Origin: Proteromonas lacertae
Taxonomy: Eukaryota
Assembly: GCA_002245135.1 (NCBI GenBank)
Contig: NGBS01000026.1
Location: 1 to 64,000, forward strand
Direction of reading: 5' to 3'
DNA length: 64,000 nt
The notes under the pieces were generated by a model. It made no database searches. It saw nothing but the letters and a program-made list of their open reading frames with translations, and was not told where the DNA came from. Of this stretch, positions 1 through 9,594 are shown in pieces. Each line of letters starts with the position of its first letter. The stretch's first letter is position 1. Made by a program: the position numbers and the translations under genes.

Positions 1-240
1 AACAAACGTTTTATAAAGATTTAACAAAATTAAAAAAATATCCTAATGATGAATATAAGATTAAAATAAATAGAGTTAAAAATCAAAAGAGTTGATAGTG
101 TAAGATGTGGTTATCATGCAATTTTGTTTTTAGTTGATATCATAGTAAATAATAAATCGTTTGTGCAAGCAACAAATTTTAATTCATTAAAAGGAGAAAA
201 AAGAGCAAAAATGTTAGAAACAAAATTTAAAACTATATAA
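1..240 (+). CDS. Adenain/Ulp1-like cysteine maturation protease, C-terminal part (5' end outside window; apparent +1 frameshift at ~85-88)
   Basis: Not in the ORF track. Frame 3 reads ...KIKINRVKNQ; skipping one A of CAAAAGA gives RVDSVRCGYHAILFLVDII...KTI* (TAA 238-240). Q-x3-S-x2-CG-x-x-x-hydrophobic matches the oxyanion Gln / catalytic Cys motif of adenoviral-type proteases. Confidence 0.72.
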
Positions 241-259
241 TTTTTATTCTTTTCTTTTA

Positions 260-2907
260 TTATGTGTGTAAACAATTTGGTATACAATTTACTAATGATT
301 GTGTCTTTCTTCTACGCTTTTTACCTAAACCATGTATTCTACGCTTAGCTGTTTCTCTATCATCAATAGCTCTTTGATTAATACTATCTCGATTTGCATT
401 TCTCATATAATCATCAATTTTTAAATAATTATTTTCATCTTTATCATCTAATCTAGCATCTTTTAATACATAAATATTATCTTTCAAAGATACTGGTACT
501 ATCAATTCTACTGTATCTCCTATCTTAACAAAGAATGGATAGTTATAGAATTTGTGAATTCCATCACCTGGTATATCGCATGACATATAATCAAACATTG
601 GATCACTTATTACATACCATGCTCTATCACTTTCTTGAGATACTATTACTTTGATTTGTTTACATTTGATTTTTTTATCGTTAGGCCAATTTTTATCATA
701 ATCCATACCTATTAATACTTTTATGTTTTTATTTTCCTCTTCATCATCTGATAGAATATTGATACATGGATTATATATGTATATTTCCTGCTTAGCTTGT
801 CTTTCATTAAATGCCGTTCCTCTATGATTCTTTAACCAATATTCTAATAAACCAGTATATGAATATATATTTCTATTGTAATCATATCCATAGAACATCA
901 TATTGATACTACTGTAATTTTGAGGTATATCATTTACTTCAGTTGCATTAAATTTAGATCTAGGTAATAAAGGTAAATTGATGTTTTCTTCTCTAACCCA
1001 ATCAGTAAAGAACATATAACTCTTGCTTGAATTTTCATCTACAATTGTACAAGGTGGATTATGGTTATGTATAAATGCATCAATTGAATAGATTTTACCA
1101 TTATTTGTTAACAATTGTGTATAAAACTCTTGTATTATCCTAGTTACACCTATTTTTGCGCCATTTTCTCTATTAGCTAAAAATCTATGAGATTTATTAA
1201 AGTCTCTATTTGGATTTGGTATAGCATTAAGCAAATCATCTGATACTAAAAATGAAAATCTATCAGATGGTATAAGATGATGAGGATTAAATTGATTACC
1301 TAAACTAATTACATTAGATCTAGATACATTTGATACAGGAGGAGGTGGAGGTGGTTGTTGTTGATCAGTTCTTGCTGGCATAGGTCTTGGTGGCAAAGGA
1401 GGAGGTGGTATTTGATTACTCATATCACCAAGATCATAAGTGTCTGAATCTTCTTCAGTATCACTACTTGATGGATTATTATCATTATCTTCACTATCAC
1501 TATTTGCAGGTGATGCATTATAAAATGCATTGACATTTCTATCAATCAAATCTGCAGTAATTGATGGATGAGCAGGAGGATAATTAGCTGGTGCAACATA
1601 TCTCCAATTTCTATGATCTGCAACATTCATTCCAACATAAGCTGGAACTGATCTTCTATGTTTAATTTGACGGTTAAGTTGCGTATCTAAAGCTCTATTC
1701 ATTCTAAAAGTTATAGGATTAGCAAATATATTTGTATTGATTTGACCTTGTGGTACATGCGCTTCTGTTAATATTTTTTGTATAGTTGCTAAATAGTTAT
1801 ATCTATATCCTGTTCTATTATCACCATCTGGTAATCCCATAAAATTTCTTCTATCAGGATGATATGGTAAAGTATATTCATTATCATTTTGATAATTACC
1901 ACTTAACTTATCTTTTAATATTGGTATGTAATATAAAGCTAATATATACAAATCAGTTACACAGTTGTATATGATTAATGCAATTGAATAAGCTGTTTCT
2001 TCTTTTTGATTTGTTAAATACCAAAATTTAGTTCTCATTAAACGACCTATGTAGAACTTTATCTTATCTTTCAGAGAATCGCAAAAGCTAATTATATCAT
2101 AATTTGCATTGTTATTATTTTCATTATTATCATTGTTATTATTTCCATTGTTGTTATTATTGTTATTATCATTACTTCCATTGTCTGCATTTACTAATAC
2201 TCCTCTTACCATATTATCATGTCTATTTTGCATAACATTTTCCGCTCTTATTTCAGCTGCACTATTATAATGTTCATTATTCATTATGTTAAAATCATTT
2301 TCTGGTTCTGGATGTCTTTCATCAATTTCATAATGAGTTTTTTTAATTCTTCTATTTTCTAGTTGTGTAACACCTATTCTCTCTTTTGATGTAAAACAAC
2401 AAATGGATTTCTTTGTAATATAAAATCAGATGCCATACACAATTTATCAATACCATCTGCTATACGAGTTTTAAATATTCCACATTCTCTTGCATTAGCA
2501 GAATTTTCATTTCCTGCTAATTTTGGATTATAAGCTTCTAATGGTTTGCCATGTGCAAAAGGACCTGTTACAAATAAATTCTTACACCAATTAAACATTT
2601 TCATATGTTCATCATATAAATTATATATTCTATTAAATTCATGATTTGGCCATCCTATAGGAATTAGTCTATATTGCATAATCAATGCTTTGTTAAATCT
2701 TTTCACTTCTTGATTCACATAGTTATTCAAATCATCTTCGCTTATATCTTGAAATGGTATGACTTGATTCCTTCTATGTCTTCTTCTATGTCTTATTCTG
2801 TTCATATCAATAGGTACATTATCTTCATCTTCTTCATATTCATAATCATCATCTGTTGGTTCATCTTCTTCATCATTTGAATTGTTAACTTGTGGTTGTG
2901 GTTGCAT
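260..2907 (-). CDS. Large viral protein of unknown function (~880 aa if ORFs 2374-2907 and 260-2284 are joined); acidic, Asn-rich and Pro-rich tracts; C-terminal IHGLG-KKRRRK tail
   Basis: The frame of ORF 260-2284 is open upstream to ~2427 (TSKERIGVTQLENRRIKKTHYEIDERHPEPENDFNI-M) and overlaps the end of ORF 2374-2907, so a single -1 shift near 2380-2427 fuses them. Intronless and inside the virus module. Confidence 0.6.
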
Positions 2908-2990
2908 ATATATATATATAACGATATATAAATTAAAGAATAATTCAAATAAAATTATATTTTAATATTTCTCAACAATTATAAATCATA

Positions 2991-3962
2991 ATGCAACCTA
3001 AAGATAGTAATAATGTTATAAATAATAGAAGATCATTGTTCTTAACTACATCAGACTATGATTCAAAATTTTCAAATAGATGGACAAGATGTATTAATAC
3101 TCCAACTATAACTGAAAAATATCAATATATGAGTTTAATTACTGCAGTTATTCCAAATAACTTCTATACAGTACAAGATGAAGTAAATGATCATATACTC
3201 TTTAATTTTACTTATTATAGCTGCATTAATCCAGATGAAACAAATCCAATAAAATGGGCATACCCTGAAAACCAAAATGGACCTTATAATAAAACTATTG
3301 ATATTAAAATACCTCAAAGAAAATATACAGGAAAAGAATTATTAGATTATTTTGCTAGAAATCTCTTAAGTTTTACTTTTTATGCATTTGATAATGGAGT
3401 GGAACCATTACCTGATGAAGATTTTGCAAATAGATTTCCATTTCATAAAGTAGATGATCAAACAGATGTACTTCAATTTGAAAAAACTTCAGAAAATAGA
3501 TTAAAGTTACAATTTAATTATATTACTCATTTCGGAAAATATTACTTTACAGATTTTAGTATGGAATTCCCTAACTTAGCATATAAGTTATTTGGTTTAG
3601 ATGAAATAAATAAAAGTATATCAATTTATCATGCAAATCATTTAAGTGATGCATATTTCAGTAAAGATTTTAATTATTATTCTAATTTGTTACCAAATCA
3701 GCCTTCTTTACTATGGGTGTCATTCATACAAATTAGATGTGACTGGGTTAATAGTGGTGAGAATTCAATGGTTTTAGCAAATATACCTGTAACTGATATA
3801 AATGCAGATTATACTACATTCACTAATCCACAAATTGAATGGACAACTAAAAAGATGCAATATCACGAATATCAACGAATGAATATATCAGTCTCTCAAC
3901 AAGATGGTTATGCAATTGATTTAAATAACTTACCTATTTATTTTGAGATTATTTTGTATTAA
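2991..3962 (+). CDS. Minor capsid (penton-like, single jelly-roll) protein
   Basis: 323 aa, directly upstream of the MCP. N-terminal LFLTTSDYDS and C-terminal FIQIRCDWV..VLANIPV..MNISVSQQDGYAIDLNNLPIYFEIILY resemble Polinton/PLV penton termini. Confidence 0.72.
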   Translation: MQPKDSNNVINNRRSLFLTTSDYDSKFSNRWTRCINTPTITEKYQYMSLITAVIPNNFYTVQDEVNDHILFNFTYYSCINPDETNPIKWAYPENQNGPYNKTIDIKIPQRKYTGKELLDYFARNLLSFTFYAFDNGVEPLPDEDFANRFPFHKVDDQTDVLQFEKTSENRLKLQFNYITHFGKYYFTDFSMEFPNLAYKLFGLDEINKSISIYHANHLSDAYFSKDFNYYSNLLPNQPSLLWVSFIQIRCDWVNSGENSMVLANIPVTDINADYTTFTNPQIEWTTKKMQYHEYQRMNISVSQQDGYAIDLNNLPIYFEIILY

Positions 3963-4015
3963 TAAATTTCTTGCTATTTTTAAGCATTTTTTGATTTTTA
4001 AAAATAACATAAAAT

Positions 4016-5435
4016 ATGTCAATCACTGCTGTACCTAATTCACAAAAACATGAAAGCATTGTGCCAGCTTATATACCTGTCTACAATCATATTTTAGTTA
4101 CACCTAACCAAAGCAGAAATGAGACTGTTTTATCTTTAAATTCAAACAGTGATGCTATTACATTTGAAATATCTGGTGATAATTGTGTTAATCTATCTAA
4201 AAGTTACTTTGAATTTGAATTAGATTATACTACAGGTCAAAAAAGAGATCATGCAGATGCAGGTAAAGGACAATGGAAATTACCTATTACACCTGTAACT
4301 GATTCTACTACTGGTAAAATGTTAGATCATATAAATTTAAGGAATTCAATGAATTTTGGAACTATCAAAGTATACAATAAAACTGGAACACTTCTATGTG
4401 ATTTAGATAGTAGTTATAATGAATATAGAGATTTAGCTCATCAAATTGCTAATCCAGTATCCTTATGATATAAAAGATTATCATTATTATGAATATTTAT
4501 TTGATGGCTTACGCATTAGAAATAATAAAATAGCTGAAACAACTATATGTAATTCTAATTCTACTTTAAATGCAAATGGAGGTGTTTGGAATTATTGGGA
4601 AGAAATGGGAACAACAGAAGATATATTACATGGAAAACTATACTGTAGATTTCATTTTGCAGATTTCTATAATACCATATTAGCTTTGAAGAATGATATT
4701 TATTTTGGTGAAGTCATTTATATTCAATTCACATTTGCTCCTATAATGAATTGGATTCATCATAGCAATGGTTCTGTTTGGATTAATTCATGGCAACAGC
4801 ATGTAGGAATGAAAATTATTAATCCTAGACTTTACATTTGTTACAATAAAGATCCAACATGTAATGCTAATACCATTAATTATTCAACTCATCATCCTAT
4901 TGACTTTACTGACTTTAATATAGTTCAAATCACTAAAGATCCAATTCCAGGTAGTAATACTTTTAACTATAACTTCAGTATTAATAGTAGCATAGGAAGT
5001 TATGTTAAATATATATTATACAGAGCATATTATAATGATGCATATAATAGAGATACTATTCCTTTTGATCAAGATCAAGATAGAATAAGATGGCAAATTA
5101 ATGATTTCGTTTATACACCTGATTATTTATATCCTGCAAAATATCAGACATGGGAATATATGAGAAATATTATTCAAAATACAATATTTGATAAATGTAA
5201 TACATTATCATTTCCCAATTCATTTTTTGATGTTCTAAATTTCAGTACTGATCGATTAACTGAATTAAAATTAAGAGCTGGTAAAGACTTAGCAAGTGAT
5301 TTAAAAATTACTTTGGATTGCTCAAATCAACGATTTGATGCTAATCATAATCCATATACAATTCATCATAAGTTCTACATAATTACTGGTAAACAATTGA
5401 TTATTGGACCAAGAGGTGTTGAAAAGGTAGTATAA
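4016..5435 (+). CDS. Major capsid protein (double jelly-roll), ~473 aa, split by an apparent +1 frameshift at ~4446-4468
   Basis: N-terminal ITFEISGDNCVNLSKSYFEFELD and internal LALKNDIYFGEVIYIQFTFAP resemble PLV/adintovirus MCPs. ORFs 4016-4468 and 4446-5435 overlap in adjacent frames; removing one base of GTATCCTTATGA gives ..PVSYDIKDY... Lies between penton and ATPase. Confidence 0.78.
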
Positions 5436-5505
5436 GTAATAATACTTTATTATTGACTTCTATTTTTATTTTTTGATTTCTCACTACATAATATATACAC
5501 ACACT

Positions 5506-6267
5506 ATGTTTAAATTTGAAAAAATAAATAATATACAAATTGAACCTGTTGATGGTGGTGAGTCTTTTGATCCTAAGAAAATTCTGGGATATGATTACTT
5601 TAATGAGCCTTTCTGCAATATATTTATTGTAGCTCGTAAGAACAGTGGGAAAACTACTTTGATATACAATATATTAAGACATATTATAGATCCAAAATAT
5701 AAGAAAAAACAACATGTACATTTTTTCGTAGGTACAATTAAACAAGATAGGATATATGATTCAATTAAAGAGTTATTAGATTATAATGAAATTAGTTATG
5801 ATGAAAACGATTCATTATTTGAACCTTATTCAGGAGATAATTTAGTAGAGAAGTTAATGAAATCAATTGATGATACAAACAAAGATAATTTTGAGTATGC
5901 AGAACATATTATAATATTTGATGATCTTAGTTTAGAGTTGAAAACAGCTAATATCATACCAGTATTAATGAAAGAAAATAGACATTTAAAATCAAAAATT
6001 ATAATTAGTAGTCAATATATTACTGATATAGTACCTTCAGCAAGATCACAAGTAGATTATTGTTTAACATTTTATGGATTGAGTAACAGAAATTTGTTTG
6101 ACTTATACAACTCATTGAATATATGGATACCTGAATATGAAACATTTAAAGAGTTATATTTAGCTGTTACTAAGCCACAATATAACTTCTTATATATTGA
6201 TAATGTTAAAAAAGTGTTTAGAGCTAACTTTAATATTTTGATTGAAGATCATTCTGAAGTTTCTTGA
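5506..6267 (+). CDS. A32/FtsK-HerA-like genome packaging ATPase
   Basis: Walker A ARKNSGKTT, Walker B HIIIFDDL and the family motif ENRHLKSKIIISSQY. First ATG is 5506 (track start 5473 is TTG). Confidence 0.9.
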   Translation: MFKFEKINNIQIEPVDGGESFDPKKILGYDYFNEPFCNIFIVARKNSGKTTLIYNILRHIIDPKYKKKQHVHFFVGTIKQDRIYDSIKELLDYNEISYDENDSLFEPYSGDNLVEKLMKSIDDTNKDNFEYAEHIIIFDDLSLELKTANIIPVLMKENRHLKSKIIISSQYITDIVPSARSQVDYCLTFYGLSNRNLFDLYNSLNIWIPEYETFKELYLAVTKPQYNFLYIDNVKKVFRANFNILIEDHSEVS

Positions 6268-6311
6268 TGTTTTTATTAATTTTGTTATTTTATTGTTTAT
6301 TAATTCAAAAA

Positions 6312-7097
6312 ATGTTTATTGGGGAACGAAATACTTCAGATATAAATATTGATACAGATAAGCTTGCTAAAGATATAGCTGACAAAATAAATATACAACC
6401 TACTGATCCTGATACTATTGTTAAACCTATTAATAATCATACTGATACTCAAATAAATAATATTATTACACCTGTTAATGATATCAAAACTACTACAAAT
6501 ACTATATATGGTAAATGTCAAGAAATATATAATGTTGTAAATAATAGCTCTGGAGGTAGTACTACAATAGTTAATAATTCTGTATCACCTAAATTATTGC
6601 ATACTGAATATACATATTGGTCAGTTAATTTCTATATATTTCAAGATGGTTCCATCAATCAATATGAATCTACTGTAAAAGTACCTATAAAAATTCAAAT
6701 GTTTGAACATTTTATGAGAATCAAGATATACAATGGCCTTGTTTTAAAAAATCATGATGATGGTTATGGATTTATATTATATCTAGATGACAATCATGTT
6801 ATTAAAGCTGAACCAGGTAAAGAAGATTTATTGCAACAATATTATAACAAATTATTAGAAACATACTTTGTAGATGGTAGTAATGGAATATACTTCCCTA
6901 TACAAGGTGTAATAAATGAAACTTCACAACCTGCAATTAATGATTATGGATGTTTTTGGCCTATATTAAGAAATAATAATAATAAATGTAATCTTTATAT
7001 AGAACGAAAAGGTCTTGATGCATATTCATATCAAGCATTCCCACCTCAAGTTATTATAACAGAGTGGATGGATACAGGTGTTACAGAACCATTTTAA
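6312..7097 (+). CDS. Viral orphan protein, possibly fibre/spike-like (short coiled/shaft region, SSGGS linker, beta-rich C-terminal domain)
   Basis: Intronless ORF after the ATPase; first clear ATG at 6312 (MFIGERNTSD...). Function is inferred only from layout. Confidence 0.5.
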   Translation: MFIGERNTSDINIDTDKLAKDIADKINIQPTDPDTIVKPINNHTDTQINNIITPVNDIKTTTNTIYGKCQEIYNVVNNSSGGSTTIVNNSVSPKLLHTEYTYWSVNFYIFQDGSINQYESTVKVPIKIQMFEHFMRIKIYNGLVLKNHDDGYGFILYLDDNHVIKAEPGKEDLLQQYYNKLLETYFVDGSNGIYFPIQGVINETSQPAINDYGCFWPILRNNNNKCNLYIERKGLDAYSYQAFPPQVIITEWMDTGVTEPF

Positions 7098-7232
7098 TCT
7101 TTATTATGATTATTTTATTATGTTTATTATAAAATTTATTATATTTTTATTATATTATATGATTTTTATTAAATTACGCATATTTTTAAACCCTGTCCCA
7201 AATCATTTTAAGATAAAGATTCGTTTTAAAAT

Positions 7233-7712
7233 TTAGAGTATGTTTATCGTAGTTTGATCATTGTTTCCTTTAACTTCTTCTTGTGCTTCTTCTTCCTCAT
7301 CATCATCACTATCATCAAATATATAATTCTTCTTTACATAATGTTTCAACATAGGATTCTTCTTCAAATGAACACTTCCCATTCCTTCAGGTAGTGTTAA
7401 CCATTCAATATACTTATCAAACACTGCAAAATAATGTCTATTTAATCCTCTTGGTTTTACTGATGGTTTAATATCGAAAAGCATCATGTAATATCTCTTA
7501 TCGCTATACTTTGTCCACATCTTTTGATGACAAATAGCACAGAATTCATTATAAGACTTTATCTCTTCCTTAGGTAATGGACTATCTAAAACTGCACTTA
7601 TATTATGGTTAAAATATAAGTAAAACTTACATGTTCCACATATACACTTATCTAAATAATCTTCATTATTTCTAAATGAACAAAAGAAAGCAAAGTTTAC
7701 TGAAGCACACAT
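7233..7712 (-). CDS. Small Cys-rich (putative Zn-binding) viral orphan protein with acidic tail
   Basis: 159 aa ATG-initiated intronless ORF with CICGTC and CAICH motifs; last ORF before the non-coding end of the element. Confidence 0.55.
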   Translation of the reverse strand: MCASVNFAFFCSFRNNEDYLDKCICGTCKFYLYFNHNISAVLDSPLPKEEIKSYNEFCAICHQKMWTKYSDKRYYMMLFDIKPSVKPRGLNRHYFAVFDKYIEWLTLPEGMGSVHLKKNPMLKHYVKKNYIFDDSDDDEEEEAQEEVKGNNDQTTINIL

Positions 7713-7959
7713 ATTTTATATTTTTTTGATAAAAACGGTTTTTCTAAAATATCAGGAAAATCAAAACTGTTTCTTTTTTCTGTTTATAACAACAGTTTCT
7801 CGTCAGAATTTCGATTTATTAAAAAATATAGAATACTGCAGATAATTCTTTAAATATATATTTTTGATACTATTTAAATTCTTTTGAATGTTTTTAACTA
7901 CACTATATAAATCCATTATTAATTTGATAAATGAAAAAAATAACTAAAAAAAAGTAAGA

Positions 7960-8356
7960 ACGTATTCTGTAGCTTGGCCACCACACTATTTAATCACTAA
8001 GTCCTAGCTAGGCTACACAGGACACGCTACTTACTTACATAGAAATACATTTCTTATTATATAAAGTAGCTACCCTGCCGGGGTAGAACAGGTAGCTACC
8101 TTTCTATTTATACACTTTATTTCTACTATCCTACACTACAAACTATTAAAAACATAAAAATAAATTTTAACCCATAAATTTATTCACACACTAAAATATA
8201 TACACAATTTTAAATTCACCGCTTGCTCCAGTATAACCCGTACCAAAAACTAATTCACACTCAAATCGCTTATTCTTACCTGTAGAAGGCACCTAAGAAT
8301 AGTCTGGTACGGTTTACCCACATACAGTGATATTCTTACGGTTATACATATATGTA
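7960..8356. repeat. Structured non-coding terminal region (candidate terminal inverted repeat / replication origin of the virus)
   Basis: Locally GC-richer. Stems 7968-7978/8007-8017, 8063-8077/8089-8103, 8238-8245/8305-8312 and 8271-8278/8294-8301. Palindromes CCTAGCTAGG (8003-8012), GGTAGCTACC (8091-8100) and TACATATATGTA (8345-8356). Confidence 0.5.
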
Positions 8357-9348
8357 AACTTGATAAAGTATAGCAATATATATGTGTTTTAATAATATAG
8401 ATAATAGAGAAAGCAAGATCTTTAATTACTGCTGCTAGTAGTAAATCCATACAAGAACATGAAAGTAAATATATGAAATATGTATATAGTTGTTAATTTA
8501 TAGATTGATTTAAGCAAGTAAAAATAATAGGTACTAGATGTGGAGAACTAAAGCAAATATTCTCAAATTTGGATAAAGAAGATATTAATGGTTTGAATGA
8601 TAGAGAAAAGACTGATCTAAGTATGAAATTTATTTCAGATGAGTATGAAGAGATGAAATACTTTGGATCTTTATGTATAAGTAAATACCCCAATTCAATA
8701 AAAGATGATGACTATGATTTAGTGAAAAGTATTAACTGTTTAGTGTTAATTTATAGATACAATTGATAAAAGTTTATGTTGGTGGTGTAATGCAGATCGA
8801 TTTGCTTCTGCCATTTGTAAAAGAATCAAAAAACAGAAAAGTACAGTTGATTGGCTATTAAAATGGTCTGAATGTGATAAATTATGGGTTCAAAGAGTAT
8901 CTTGTGTTGGATTTGTTCCAATAGCTAAACATGGAGAATATAATGATGTAATAATAAAAATATGTTCAAAGTATAAATATTAGATATATATAATAGTGTA
9001 GTAAAGAATAATGAAAGATTTGCTCAACTAGGTGTTGGATGGGTGTTGAGAGAATTAAGTTTAGCTGATCTTAGCTTAACAAAGAACTTTATTAAAGAGA
9101 ATTATAAATATTTTATAAGGGAAGGACTGAGATATGCTACTGAGAAAATGAAAGAATCTGATAAACGATCAATAATGAACTATCAACCTAAAGGAGAAGA
9201 AGAGAATGAAGAAGAAGAAGAAGAAGAAGTAAAAGATGATGATAATGATGAAGAGAATTATGATGAAAAACCAAAAAGAGGGAGAAAAAGAAAAAACACT
9301 ACTACACAAACAAAAAAAACAAGTAAAAGTAAAAAATCTAAAAAATAA
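8352..9348 (+). CDS. DNA alkylation repair enzyme (AlkD-like HEAT-repeat glycosylase family); start codon missing or frameshifted
   Basis: Introns 8368-8400, 8482-8514, 8729-8756 and 8971-8996 give ...SKYMKYQVKIIGTRCGELKQIF...CWWCNADRFA...KWSECDKLWVQRVSCV...NNERFAQLGVGWVLRELS...REGLRYATEKM, typical of the DNA alkylation repair family, followed by an acidic/basic tail. Confidence 0.78.
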
Positions 9349-9594
9349 TATTATCTGTTTAATTTCTATTGCTATTAACCCTTACCATTTTCAATTACCT
9401 CAGCTTAATCAGCTTTTAACTTCACATAGCCATATTTCTCTTCAAAAGTTGATTCATAATGATATCCAAAACATAAAAAAACAATTCAATTTTGAAACTA
9501 ACAATTTACGATGATAAACATACTTTTCCATTGGTTCATTAATATTTCTAACTATATTGAACAACAATCAGTTGTTCTACAACATAAATCATAC

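Larger units (their letters stand above)
1..8350. mobile_element. Endogenous Polinton-like / MELD-type (adintovirus-related) dsDNA virus, right-hand portion; left part lies outside the window and right boundary is approximate
   Basis: Cluster of intronless ORFs giving the Preplasmiviricota morphogenesis module: adenain-like protease motif, minor capsid, major capsid and A32-like ATPase. Contrasts with intron-rich host genes from ~8368 on. No pPolB or integrase in the window. Confidence 0.88.

Noticed and set aside
4370..4476. Spliceosomal intron repairing the MCP frame
   Set aside because: Nearby GT-AG pairs of host-like size (20-39 nt) do not restore the frame; only an atypical 67-nt option does. 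The other viral genes are intronless.
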